In this document: positions 1-10,934 of the stretch, piece after piece | How the letters are laid out: each line of letters starts with the position of its first letter | Numbering within the stretch: the first letter of the stretch is position 1 | Assembly (NCBI GenBank): GCA_039794845.1 | Contig: JAUQVK010000084.1 | Coordinates: 1 to 64,000, forward strand | DNA length: 64,000 nucleotides | Direction of reading: 5' to 3' | Origin: Thermostichus sp. DRC_bins_24 | GTDB taxonomy: Bacteria > Cyanobacteriota > Cyanobacteriia > Thermostichales > Thermostichaceae | Program-made: the position numbers and the translations under genes | Notes under the pieces: model-generated | Database searches by the model: none | Told to the model about the DNA's origin: nothing | Seen by the model: the letters and a program-made list of their open reading frames with translations, nothing else

Positions 1-63
1 GGCGGAGCAGTGGGTGGGTGGGGTAAGTCCCCGCAGGTGATGGGGAGATCCTGTCCGTGGCGC

Positions 64-690
64 TCAGAGCAAAATGCCACTGAGAATGCCCATCACTTGT
101 TCCAGATCCGCTGGGATCCGGTAAAGGTTGAGGTCTTGCACAATGTGATGAGCACTCCGTTGGTAGAGACAAAACTGCCAGATATCCCCGGTGGTCACCG
201 CTCCGTAAAGGGTGGGGACTCCTGAGAGCTGCCCCCGTTGCTCCAGCCACAGGTCGAAGGCAATCAACTCGACCGCCAGTTGTGTGGCACCACGGCTGAG
301 ATCCGCCCCCTTGGCCTCAATGACAATCATCTGCTGCTCGCCGCGCAGGAGGTAGTCTACTTCTCCTTTCAAGAAGCGATTCACCTCGATGCCGTATTCA
401 ATGCTCAACTGCAGCGGCAAGCATTCCAGCAGCTTTGTTAGAACGGGGCTAATCAACAGTTCGCGTCGGGCCATCTCGCTGGTCAAAGCGGCCTTGGGCA
501 GATATCGCATCATGCTCTGATGCAGAGCAGCAGCCCCCACCGCCAAAGACTCCGGCAAAGCAAAGGGCAAATCCTGAAGGTAGCGGCGCTCTAGAGTGAC
601 CGATAGCTCAGCCAAAATATCGGCCGGATCAAAACGAAGCTCGAAATACTGGGAGAACGTGTAGGAGCGCTCTGGATCCAAAATCGGCAT
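64..690 (-). CDS. Hypothetical protein, PD-(D/E)XK nuclease-like; paralog of 62327..62938
   Basis: 208-aa ORF with VDYLLRG...VIEAK motif; collinear similarity to the ORF at 62327. Confidence 0.75.
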   Translation of the reverse strand: MPILDPERSYTFSQYFELRFDPADILAELSVTLERRYLQDLPFALPESLAVGAAALHQSMMRYLPKAALTSEMARRELLISPVLTKLLECLPLQLSIEYGIEVNRFLKGEVDYLLRGEQQMIVIEAKGADLSRGATQLAVELIAFDLWLEQRGQLSGVPTLYGAVTTGDIWQFCLYQRSAHHIVQDLNLYRIPADLEQVMGILSGILL

Positions 691-745
691 TCTCGGGATC
701 CCTCCCTCCCCGTAAAACCTTTTCTCACCTTAGCTTGGGGCTCAA

Positions 746-925
746 CTACCCGCGGGCTTTCCAAGTGCCACCGTAGCGATAGAAGGGGTTATCCCGGCTG
801 AGGGGATCCCAGCAGGCAGGGCAGACCAGCCACCAACGACCCGTGGCATCCCACCGGATACGGTAGCGGATGCGCACCGCTTGGCCACAGTACTGGCAGG
901 GTTTGGGTTGAGAACGAGCGCTCAA
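746..925 (-). CDS. Small Zn-ribbon-like protein (59 aa, CxxC...CxxC, C-terminal YGGTWKA), not in the ORF track
   Basis: Manual translation MSARSQPKPCQYCGQAVRIRYRIRWDATGRWWLVCPACWDPLSRDNPFYRYGGTWKARG*; TTG start overlaps the apcF TGA stop (TTGA). Confidence 0.7.
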   Translation of the reverse strand: MSARSQPKPCQYCGQAVRIRYRIRWDATGRWWLVCPACWDPLSRDNPFYRYGGTWKARG

Positions 926-1425
926 ATATCGGTTTCGCTCAGACCGGCGCTCAAGTAGTCGAAGGGCTCGGCCACAAAGCTGTAATCTTCGTCGGAGCCC
1001 AGCAGTTCGAGGGTGCGAACCTTCATGTTTTGAATGCCGATCACCGTCGGCGCAATCGGCACCCCGAGAGAGTTGTAGGTTTCCCGCAAGCCCGCCAACA
1101 CCCGCTCATCCAAAATGCTGGTATCGGCAGCCACCAAGGCATAGGAAGCGTAGCGCAGGTAATAGTCCATATCCCGCAAACAGGTGGCATAGCGGCGGGT
1201 GGTATAGGCATTGCCTCCAGGACGAATCAGATCCGGCACTTGGGCAAACATACCCGCAGCAGCCGTTTTAACAATATCCACCGAGTTGAGATTGATCACG
1301 TTCACTGCCTTGATGCGACGCAGCCCCGAATCGTAAAAGGACTTGAGGGTGTCCATCGCATCCCGATCAAGGTAGCGGCCTGTCAGGTCGTAGGTTTTGA
1401 TCAGTGTGGTCACAGCATCACGCAT
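922..1425 (-). CDS. apcF: Allophycocyanin beta-18 subunit
   Basis: MRDAVTTLIKTYDLTGRYLD...PGGNAYTTRRYATCLRDMDYYLRYASYAL; start reassigned to ATG 1425 (167 aa). Confidence 0.9.
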   Translation of the reverse strand: MRDAVTTLIKTYDLTGRYLDRDAMDTLKSFYDSGLRRIKAVNVINLNSVDIVKTAAAGMFAQVPDLIRPGGNAYTTRRYATCLRDMDYYLRYASYALVAADTSILDERVLAGLRETYNSLGVPIAPTVIGIQNMKVRTLELLGSDEDYSFVAEPFDYLSAGLSETDI

Positions 1426-1649
1426 ATCCCAAACTCCGTTCCTGTAGCGTCTTTTATTGAATCGGCTGAGATGAAAAAATGAGAAGAGATCTTGCTGGGC
1501 AGAATCCGTTCGGGTGTACAGCACCGTACGCAAACCTCGGACAATCGAGTCAGAGCCCAGCGACAGCAACGTTCCAGGCTTCCAATTCGCCCTCAGAAGT
1601 CTAACATGCAGGGGTTTCTTCTCGACTTTGCCCTGAGAGAATGGCAAAT

Positions 1650-1669
1650 GTTGTTACGAAAATGTAACA
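1650..1669. promoter_or_regulatory. Palindromic / HLR1(RpaB)-like site upstream of apcF
   Basis: TGTTACGAAAATGTAACA, containing GTTACA-like half-sites. Confidence 0.35.
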
Positions 1670-1680
1670 AACCTGCAACG

Positions 1681-2592
1681 TTAGGGATCCGGCAACAGCA
1701 CCCGCAGGGGTTTCAACCATGCGTCTTGGCGCCGTCCTAGGCCCAAAAACTCGCCATTGCTCCCCTGTACCCGCAAGTATTCTGATAGATATTCCGAGCC
1801 AGGGGAAAGGGATCCCACCTCAACCGCCTGACCCTGTTGCCACCGTTGGGCCACATCCGGGGGCAACGGAATCGCATCCCAGTGCAAAAACCCGGTTTCG
1901 ATGGGCCAGAGAGCCGCAGCCGGATCCGCGGATCCCTGCCATGTTTCCAGCGGCACACTCTGCTCAATCCGGAATGGGCCACTTTGCAGCCGCCGCAACC
2001 GGCTCATCAGGCCCCCACAGCCCAGTTTCTCCCCCAAATCGCGGGCGATGGCCCGAATGTAGGTACCCGGCCCACAGGTGATCTCCAGATCAATTTCGGG
2101 AAAATCTCCAGGCCGCCAGTCCAGTAGGTGTAGCCGGTGAATGCTGACGGGGCGGGGTTCGAGCTGCAACTGCGCGGCTTCTATCCCAGCACGCGCCAAC
2201 TGATAGAGCTTTTTGCCCTGCCGTTTAACGGCGCTGTAAAGCGGGGGCACCTGTAAAACCTCGCCGACAAACTCCCGCAGAGCCTGCTCCACCGGCTCAC
2301 GGCCCAGCTCTGCACAAGGGGATCCCGTCTGGATTTGCCCTTCGGCATCGTCGGTATCGCTCCGTTGCCCCAAGCGGAAGGTGGCCCGATACACTTTGTC
2401 CCCCGGCAAAAACGACAAAAACCGCGTTGCCCGCCCCACCGCAATGGGCAAAACCCCGGTCGCCGCCGGATCAAGAGTGCCCCCATGCCCAACCTTGCGC
2501 GTGCGCAAGACCCGCCGCACAACTGCCACACCGTCATGGGAGGTGAACCCCGCCGGTTTATCCAGGTTGAGAAAGCCCTCCAGGGATCCCAT
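1681..2592 (-). CDS. truB: tRNA pseudouridine(55) synthase
   Basis: GFLNLDKPAGFTSHD, KVGHGGTLDPAATGVL, GTYIRAIARDLG motifs. Confidence 0.95.
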   Translation of the reverse strand: MGSLEGFLNLDKPAGFTSHDGVAVVRRVLRTRKVGHGGTLDPAATGVLPIAVGRATRFLSFLPGDKVYRATFRLGQRSDTDDAEGQIQTGSPCAELGREPVEQALREFVGEVLQVPPLYSAVKRQGKKLYQLARAGIEAAQLQLEPRPVSIHRLHLLDWRPGDFPEIDLEITCGPGTYIRAIARDLGEKLGCGGLMSRLRRLQSGPFRIEQSVPLETWQGSADPAAALWPIETGFLHWDAIPLPPDVAQRWQQGQAVEVGSLSPGSEYLSEYLRVQGSNGEFLGLGRRQDAWLKPLRVLLPDP

Positions 2593-2688
2593 TACCAGCC
2601 CACCCTTCGTCAATAATTAAGATTTGTAACAGAACTGCCGTAGCGCTTAACATGGAGATTAATTTCTGTTCCCAGACGTTAAGCACTC

Positions 2689-3705
2689 ATGGCTCAATCT
2701 GCCACGTTTTCTCAGCCTATCTGGCAACGCCTGCTGATGATCGCCCCTTTCTTTCTGTGGGGGTCGGCCATGGTGGTGATGCGCGATGCCCTGGCGGAGA
2801 CCACTCCCCTTTTCATTGCCATTCTGCGGTTGCTGCCGGCAGGAATCCTGGTGCTGGCCTTTCGGCTTTGGCAAGGGCGGGGCTCAGAGGCTCCATCCAA
2901 GCTCAAACCCTGGCATCCTCAAGGGCTACGGGGCTGGCTGTGGGTGTTGGCCTTTGCCCTGGTAGATGGCACCTGTTTTCAAGGATTTTTGGCCCAAGGG
3001 CTCAAGGAGACAGGGGCTGGGCTGGGATCCGTATTGATCGACTCTCAACCGCTGGCGGTTGCCTTGATGGCCACCTGGTTTTATCGAGAACGCATGGGCT
3101 CCCTGGGCTGGGTTAGCTTGGGCATCGGGATCGTGGGCATCGGTATCATCGGCCTGTCGGGAGAGGGATCCCTGCAGCTGAACTCCGGCGTGATTTGGAT
3201 GTTGATGGCCTCTTTGTCCATGGCGATTGGCACCGTGATGATGCCGAGGGTGGCGGAAGTCGCCGATCCGGTGCTGGCGACGGGCTGGCATATGGTTTTG
3301 GGCAGCCTGCCTTTGATCTTGCTCTCGGGGTTGACGGAAACTCAGCAGTGGCAGGGGTTGAGCGGATCCCATTGGCTAGGCTTGCTCTATGCTTCTGTGC
3401 TGGGTAGTGCCTTGGCCTACGGGCTCTTTTTCTACTTCGCCTCCCAAGAGAACCTCACGGAATTCAGCTCCCTCACTTTTCTCACCCCCGTCTTTGCTCT
3501 GCTGTTCGGCAGCACCTTTTTGGGGGAATCCCTGACGCGGTTGCAATGGCTGGGGGTAGGCATTACCCTCATCTGCGTGTACCTGATTAACCATCGCCAA
3601 GAGTGGCAAGACCGCCTGCACCTGGGATGGAGAGGGATCCTCGCCGAGCTGGGCTTGGGTTGGGTGGTAAGCACCGTTGACATTCGGGAGGGCAACCCTG
3701 ATTGA
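2689..3705 (+). CDS. DMT/EamA family transporter
   Basis: About 10 hydrophobic segments in two EamA-like repeats. Confidence 0.85.
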   Translation: MAQSATFSQPIWQRLLMIAPFFLWGSAMVVMRDALAETTPLFIAILRLLPAGILVLAFRLWQGRGSEAPSKLKPWHPQGLRGWLWVLAFALVDGTCFQGFLAQGLKETGAGLGSVLIDSQPLAVALMATWFYRERMGSLGWVSLGIGIVGIGIIGLSGEGSLQLNSGVIWMLMASLSMAIGTVMMPRVAEVADPVLATGWHMVLGSLPLILLSGLTETQQWQGLSGSHWLGLLYASVLGSALAYGLFFYFASQENLTEFSSLTFLTPVFALLFGSTFLGESLTRLQWLGVGITLICVYLINHRQEWQDRLHLGWRGILAELGLGWVVSTVDIREGNPD

Positions 3706-3752
3706 GGAGGAGACCGAGAAGGATCAAGGGCGTTTGCAGGGATCCCGATCCC

Positions 3753-4748
3753 CTAAGCGGGCAGGAACCCCATGGCATCCCGGGCCGTTTGCAGCGTTTG
3801 GTTGGCAATTTCACGGGCTTTGGCAGCATTTTCCCGCATCAAACAAAGCAAATGGTCGGGGTTACTCCAGAGTTCCCGATAGCGCTGTTGAATGGGCTCT
3901 AGAGTAGCAACGATGCTATCGGTAAGGAGCGGTTTGAACTGTCCCCAGCCCATCTCGGCACACTCAGCCGCCACAGCCTCTTTGCTTTTGCCGGAAGTGA
4001 GCAGGTAAATCGTCAGCAAATTGTTGGCCTCTGGTCGGGCAGGATCGTCGAAGGTGATGCCACGAATGGAGTCAGTTTTGCACTTCTGAATTTTTTTGCG
4101 AATCGTGTCGGGATCATCCAGCAGGTTGATGCGGCTCAAATCCGAGGGATCCGACTTGGACATCTTCCGCGTGCCATCCGTCAGGCTCATCACCCGGGCT
4201 CCATCTTCTCGAATCAGGGCCTCCGGGATGCAAAACACCTCCCCAAAGCGATCGTTAAAGCGACGGGCAATATCCCGACTCAGCTCGATATGCTGCCGCT
4301 GATCCTCTCCAACCGGAACATACTTGGGCTGGTAGAGCAAAATATCCGCCGCCTGCAAAATGGGGTAGCTGAAGAGGCCAACGCTGGTTTCTTCCCCCTG
4401 CTTTTCTTTTTTCTCCTTGTACTGGATCATGCGCTCGGCCCAGTTCATCGGAGTGATGGTGTTGAACAGCCAGGCCAATTCGGTGTGGGCAGCCACATGC
4501 GACTGCACAAACAACACACAATGCTCCAGGCTGAGACCACAGGCCAAGTAAAGGGCAAACAGCGAGCGGGTTCGTTCCCCCAACAGTTTCGGATCTTGGG
4601 GGACGGTGACGGCGTGTTGGTCAACAATGCAAAAGAAGTTCTCGTACCGTTCCTGCTCCGCCACCCAGTTTTTGATCGCCCCCAAGTAATTGCCCAAGTG
4701 CAGTTCGCCAGAGGGCTGAATGCCAGAGAAGGTACGTGGCTGGGTCAT
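3753..4748 (-). CDS. trpS: Tryptophan-tRNA ligase
   Basis: SGIQPSG-HLGN, VPVGEDQ, KMSKS motifs. Confidence 0.97.
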   Translation of the reverse strand: MTQPRTFSGIQPSGELHLGNYLGAIKNWVAEQERYENFFCIVDQHAVTVPQDPKLLGERTRSLFALYLACGLSLEHCVLFVQSHVAAHTELAWLFNTITPMNWAERMIQYKEKKEKQGEETSVGLFSYPILQAADILLYQPKYVPVGEDQRQHIELSRDIARRFNDRFGEVFCIPEALIREDGARVMSLTDGTRKMSKSDPSDLSRINLLDDPDTIRKKIQKCKTDSIRGITFDDPARPEANNLLTIYLLTSGKSKEAVAAECAEMGWGQFKPLLTDSIVATLEPIQQRYRELWSNPDHLLCLMRENAAKAREIANQTLQTARDAMGFLPA

Positions 4749-4888
4749 AGAGCAAATAATGAAGAGCGAAAAACGAAGCGACAGGAGTTGCGAAAACCTT
4801 TTTAAGGATATCAGGGCAGCTGCCCTCGCGTTAGCGGAACGGAGTTCTGTAAGTTAGCGCATGATGAGAAAGACACCCGGATCTGCCC

Positions 4889-5158
4889 ATGCCAGACTAC
4901 GAACCCGAACAGCTACGCGCCGCCAGCCACTATGTGCTGCTGATGCCCGGCTTGCCGGAACAGTTTCTCAGCCCCGAGGAATTACAGGAGTTTCTCCAGC
5001 AGCTACTACAGGAGCATCCTCACCTTGTCGATGCCGATCTGGCCCGCTACCCTACCCCCCAAGCACAAGCCCAGCGGTTGATCGATACCACCTGTGAAGT
5101 CGAGGTTTCCCCCGGCGAGACCCTACAGTGGCACCCCGTACGTCTGAACAAGCGGTAA
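4889..5158 (+). CDS. CRR7-family (NDH-1 assembly) protein
   Basis: HYVLL-PG-PEQFLSPEEL...LIDTTCE-EV-PGE-LQW-VRL pattern of CRR7. Confidence 0.75.
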   Translation: MPDYEPEQLRAASHYVLLMPGLPEQFLSPEELQEFLQQLLQEHPHLVDADLARYPTPQAQAQRLIDTTCEVEVSPGETLQWHPVRLNKR

Positions 5159-5352
5159 GGCTAGTTGATGCAGTCGCTCAATCCCTCTAATGTTCGAGGG
5201 GAAAAGGTTTTGGATGATAGTCTGGGCCAGGAAAGCAATTCGATGCTGATCCTACGGTTCAAACCGTTGAAAGCAGGGCAGCTTCGTTTCTTCGCGCCGA
5301 ACTTTAGCCGTACCAGTCTCTGATATTACGGTTACTCCACTAAGGAGAGTAT

Positions 5353-5754
5353 CTATGGACGAGGAATGAGTTTGGTGGCAGCCGCAGCCAACTTCTGGGC
5401 GATCACCTTCTGATCTTCCTTTGCAGTAGGCCAGCCTTCAATGTCGGCGTGGTTTGGGTTACCAAGCAACGGTTTAGCAGTCACTTGCAAGGACTCTCTA
5501 AGGCAATCACTGGTCTGTATGTCTGAGCGACCATAGAGAGTGCGTTGCTGTTGAGTGGCTACATCAACTCCGGCCTGCCAAATCTCTGCTTCTGTGGCAT
5601 CCCGATGACGGGTGACCGACAGCTCCTGGTAAGGATGGGGCATGAACAGGTTAGGCTTGACCGATTGATCGGCTCGAAAATGGCTCCTCTGCATGACATA
5701 GCGGGCGAGCGACTCCGTTTCTTCAACCGGAGGGACATTCGCTGGATCAAGCAT
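5353..5754 (-). CDS. Hypothetical protein, possible ADP-ribosyltransferase-like toxin
   Basis: 133 aa; LARY...F...ELSV...NHADI pattern; last gene of a tight three-gene operon. Confidence 0.6.
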   Translation of the reverse strand: MLDPANVPPVEETESLARYVMQRSHFRADQSVKPNLFMPHPYQELSVTRHRDATEAEIWQAGVDVATQQQRTLYGRSDIQTSDCLRESLQVTAKPLLGNPNHADIEGWPTAKEDQKVIAQKLAAAATKLIPRP

Positions 5755-5760
5755 GAACCC

Positions 5761-6225
5761 TTAATTTTTAGCTAGAGCGACTTCTTGAATCAGGCTGAGC
5801 AGCCGTTTCGGAATCTCCCCTAGAAACGGTTCTGAGCCCCGTGGATCACTATTGCCCAAAAGAGCTGCGTAATAGAGCACACCCTCAGGGCTAACGCTAA
5901 CTGAAATCGTCCAGTGGGGGGTGTGATACCACTCAAGCGTCAAATGACCATCGGGTTCTGCCCCTACAGAGGGCAAAGGAAAGCCCAAAGGGAGCGCTTG
6001 AATCACGGCAAAGGCATAATTCAGGGTTTCTTCTCTTACTGGGAGCGCATTATAGCCATCCCAGTTAGGGTCTTTACACTCTTCCCAGGTAGTAACCAAC
6101 TCGTCAATAGCCGGTTGCTTGCTAAAGGCAGCGGTGTGGTCAAAGTACTGCTGATTGTGGCGGCTGACCTGGTCGATGTAGGTAGCAGTCGGGCTGACCC
6201 CTCTGGGCAAGAGGGCTGTGGTCAT
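5761..6225 (-). CDS. Hypothetical protein (NWDGY-A-P / PDG-L-LEW motifs)
   Basis: 154 aa; ATGA overlap with the upstream gene, 6-nt gap to the downstream gene. Confidence 0.75.
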   Translation of the reverse strand: MTTALLPRGVSPTATYIDQVSRHNQQYFDHTAAFSKQPAIDELVTTWEECKDPNWDGYNALPVREETLNYAFAVIQALPLGFPLPSVGAEPDGHLTLEWYHTPHWTISVSVSPEGVLYYAALLGNSDPRGSEPFLGEIPKRLLSLIQEVALAKN

Positions 6226-7034
6226 GGTGTGGCGGCTCCAAAGCGTTTGAGGGCGTGGGAGGTCATGCAGCTAAAGAAGACTTTATTTTTGAGCCAGCGC
6301 ATTTCCTGGAGTCGTTGAGCTAGGGTGTTTTGATCTAATTGAAGCAACTTATGGGTGAAAACATCGATATCTACGGTGAAAACATTGATATCTACAATTA
6401 AAGCACGGCCATTGGCGGGGTCTGCGCCAGCGGGCTGGATGGTTCTAACCCAGTTGATAGTGTAGGGGTAGCCGGGGACTGGATAGGTGTCTTGGTGGAA
6501 GAATGACTCAGCAGCGAGGGCTAAGCCTGGTGGCGGTGCGGGGATGGTGCTGAGATACCTGGAGGGTTGTTCGTCAGCCTCTAGGGGAATGCGGTTGATG
6601 TAGCGCACACCCAGCCGCTGAATGACGGTCGGCTCGGCCAGCTCCAGGAAAATATGCCAAAACCGCAGAGCCTCAGCTTGAAAACTGCCCCAATCTTCGT
6701 AGGGTTCCAACCGACTGAAAACAACGCCGTCAAGGGTGAACTGGGCCACATGACGATTTTGCTCATCCTGGAGACGGAAACCCCTCCACTGCATCTTCTG
6801 GGAAAACTCTGAAGACCCATCAGGTGTGCCTATAGCGCTGATTTGAACGTCATGCTGAGTCCGAAGGATCGGATAGTCGGGTAGCCGCCGAGTTAGCTCT
6901 GCTTTGAGAGTCTCAGGATCTAGCTTTTTGCCCGCATGGGCCTGCCAATGAATTACTGCCTCAATGCTAGGGGCAGCTTTTAGGGTGGGAAATTTCTCCT
7001 CCAGGTCGATGATGAACTCGGACTGGGGGCTCAT
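6222..7034 (-). CDS. TIGR04255-family-like protein
   Basis: FP-L-AP-IEAV N-terminus, Y--W--F, RLGVRYINRI, DID and KN--F motifs typical of this family. Confidence 0.75.
   Translation of the reverse strand: MSPQSEFIIDLEEKFPTLKAAPSIEAVIHWQAHAGKKLDPETLKAELTRRLPDYPILRTQHDVQISAIGTPDGSSEFSQKMQWRGFRLQDEQNRHVAQFTLDGVVFSRLEPYEDWGSFQAEALRFWHIFLELAEPTVIQRLGVRYINRIPLEADEQPSRYLSTIPAPPPGLALAAESFFHQDTYPVPGYPYTINWVRTIQPAGADPANGRALIVDINVFTVDIDVFTHKLLQLDQNTLAQRLQEMRWLKNKVFFSCMTSHALKRFGAATP
6354..6395. repeat. 21-bp in-frame tandem duplication inside the TIGR04255-like gene
   Basis: GGTGAAAACATCGATATCTAC / GGTGAAAACATTGATATCTAC (encodes VDINVFT-VDIDVFT). Confidence 0.9.
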
Positions 7035-7351
7035 AAGAGTGGGCCATGGTTTTGACGATGATTATAACGGTATCGTCCTGAACTCAGAGAGGTCGCCAAG
7101 AACCTGCTGGAAGCTCCGCGGATTCATTTAGGCGCAGGATTAAGTACTAAGAACACTGCCACCTGTTCAGGAGTTCCATTTGAGGCCACTGTACCTTGAC
7201 AGATTTAAGGATGAGCCCTACGCACTCTCTTCTCAGGGATGGATTGGATATCACTTCGTAAAGCTGAACAGGGGTTTGTTTCGGATCCCGGCCTGCCCAT
7301 GATAAAACGCAAGAATGTACAGCTCCCAATCTCTAACCCAAGAGGTCAACC

Positions 7352-7873
7352 ATGCCGCGCAGCATGAAGAACGACAACTTCATCGACAAAAGCTTCACCG
7401 TCATGGCGGATCTAATCCTGAAATTGATGCCGGGGGTGAGCTCCGACCAGAAAAAAGCCTTTGCCTACTACCGCGATGGCATGGCGGCCCAAGGGGATGG
7501 GGAATATGCCGAAGCCCTCGACAACTACCGAGAGGCCCTCTCTCTCGAGGAAGGGGAAGAAGACCGCAGCTACATCCTCTACAACATGGGCCTGATCTAC
7601 CAGAGCAACGGCGAGATCGACAAAGCCCTTGACCACTATCAACAGGCCCTGGAGCTCAATCCGCGATTGTGCTCCGCGTTGAACAACATTGCCGTGTTGC
7701 TGCACCACCGGGGTGAAGCCAGCCTAGAAGCCGGAGATGAAGAAACCGCAGAAGCCCTATTTGATGAGGCCGCCCAATACTGGATCCGCGCCATTCGCAT
7801 TGCCCCCAACAACTACATCGAGGCGCAAAACTGGCTCAAAATCACCGGTCGGGCCAACCTGGAGGTGTACTAG
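7352..7873 (+). CDS. ycf3: Photosystem I assembly protein Ycf3
   Basis: [16 protein letters not shown] repeats, [12 protein letters not shown]. Confidence 0.97.
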   Translation: MPRSMKNDNFIDKSFTVMADLILKLMPGVSSDQKKAFAYYRDGMAAQGDGEYAEALDNYREALSLEEGEEDRSYILYNMGLIYQSNGEIDKALDHYQQALELNPRLCSALNNIAVLLHHRGEASLEAGDEETAEALFDEAAQYWIRAIRIAPNNYIEAQNWLKITGRANLEVY

Positions 7874-7929
7874 AGGACACCGCTACCGGAAAATGGGTTA
7901 ACTTGGTAACCGATGCGGCAGAGGGGCAG

Positions 7930-8223
7930 ATGCTGAAACGGGAAGAGGTACAACATGTTGCACATTTGGCACGTCTGGAGCTGACTGAGGAAGAGGAGAT
8001 CCAGTTTACAGAGCAGCTGGCGGACATTTTGGCCTATGTAGAGCAGCTGAAGGAGCTGGATACGGAGGGGGTAGAGCCCACCTTCCATGTCCTGGATATG
8101 GAATTGCCCACTCGCCCGGATGAGGTACAACCCTACCCGGATATTGAAGGGATCCTGGCCAATGCCCCCGACCGTGCCGATACCTTCTTCAAGGTACCCC
8201 GCATTCTCGACGCGGAAGAGTAG
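7930..8223 (+). CDS. gatC: Asp/Glu-tRNA amidotransferase subunit C
   Basis: EEVQHVAHLARLEL...DTEGVEPT...NAP...FFKVPRIL. Confidence 0.95.
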   Translation: MLKREEVQHVAHLARLELTEEEEIQFTEQLADILAYVEQLKELDTEGVEPTFHVLDMELPTRPDEVQPYPDIEGILANAPDRADTFFKVPRILDAEE

Positions 8224-8248
8224 GCAGAAAATAGCAGCCTCCTTTCCT

Positions 8249-9061
8249 TTAGGAGAGGAGCTGGTTCTTAGGCTCGCTTGACCAGGCCCCCCTAGGCAGA
8301 GGGGTGAAGATGTGCCCTTCCTGCAAATTGCCAAAGCTACGGCAGCGTTCGGATCCCCAGCGGAAGCCGTAGAGAGCAACATAGGCACACATCAGGGCAT
8401 CCACTTGATCTTCGTAGTTTTTCAGTGGGCGGCCTTTGAGGGATCCCACATCCACTTGGAGTAGGCCTTCGTGACCCGATAGTGCCGGATCCGCCAGGGT
8501 CAGAGACCGCAGATGCTCCTGGTAGAGGTGCCATGCTTGTTGTCGTTCCTGCCAAGTGCGCTTGGGGCGGGCTTTGTACTTGAGGGTACGGCTGAGGCCG
8601 AATAGGCTAACCATGGCGCTATGGGGAAACACTTCCGTGATTTGGCGGGTGAGTTGCCCCTTTTGAATTTGGGCTTGTTCTTGAAACCCCCAGACCGATA
8701 GCGCTTGTACCAGCACCTCTCCGCGCACTTGCCCATTCCGTTCCAATAACCGGCGATTGGCTGGGTGTGCCCCCGCTTCGTACGCTCGAAACACTTGGTT
8801 CAGTTCCGCTTCGGCTCGTCGTTGCCCGGTGGGGTTGGGGACTCGCAATGGAGCGTCCACGGCAATCAGGCAGGGATCCCTGCCTGCATGGCGTTGAATG
8901 TAGTCCAGAATTTCTGCGTTGGTTTGGAGAATACGGCAGTCGAGCAAGCGGCCCGTTATGGTTCCCGAATTGGGATCCGGGTGGACTTGCAAGGTCGCAA
9001 TGCCGGAGGAATTACGGGGCGACCAAGCCAGATCCAAACCGATGCAAATCAAGGGATCCAA
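8249..9061 (-). CDS. DUF429-family protein (RNase H-like fold)
   Basis: IGLDLAW, AVDAPL, TEVFPH, EDQVDALMCAY motifs. Confidence 0.8.
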   Translation of the reverse strand: MDPLICIGLDLAWSPRNSSGIATLQVHPDPNSGTITGRLLDCRILQTNAEILDYIQRHAGRDPCLIAVDAPLRVPNPTGQRRAEAELNQVFRAYEAGAHPANRRLLERNGQVRGEVLVQALSVWGFQEQAQIQKGQLTRQITEVFPHSAMVSLFGLSRTLKYKARPKRTWQERQQAWHLYQEHLRSLTLADPALSGHEGLLQVDVGSLKGRPLKNYEDQVDALMCAYVALYGFRWGSERCRSFGNLQEGHIFTPLPRGAWSSEPKNQLLS

Positions 9062-9124
9062 AAGAATAATTTTAGGGTTCCACCGGCCAAAAGATTTGAA
9101 GGAAAACAGTCTAGCAATTCAATG

Positions 9125-9164
9125 AAAATGGGATCCCCAGAGAGTGCTTTCTCCAAGGATCCCA
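9125..9164 (-). terminator. Rho-independent terminator after groEL, with a stem built on GGATCC arms
   Basis: Minus strand TGGGATCCTTGGAGA-AAGCAC-TCTCTGGGGATCCCA-TTTT. Confidence 0.65.
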
Positions 9165-9226
9165 GCCAACTCATTCAGGTGACTCCCTGAAGGGATCCCT
9201 TCGGATCCCCTCCCGGCAAGGCTCAA

Positions 9227-10897
<1,671 letters not shown>

Positions 10898-10934
10898 CTA
10901 AGCATGAAAAATGAAATAGTGAAATAGGGGCCAA

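Noticed and set aside
1426..1647. 74-aa N-terminal extension of ApcF in the ORF track
   Set aside because: Homology begins at MRDAV (ATG 1425); the upstream part looks like promoter/UTR
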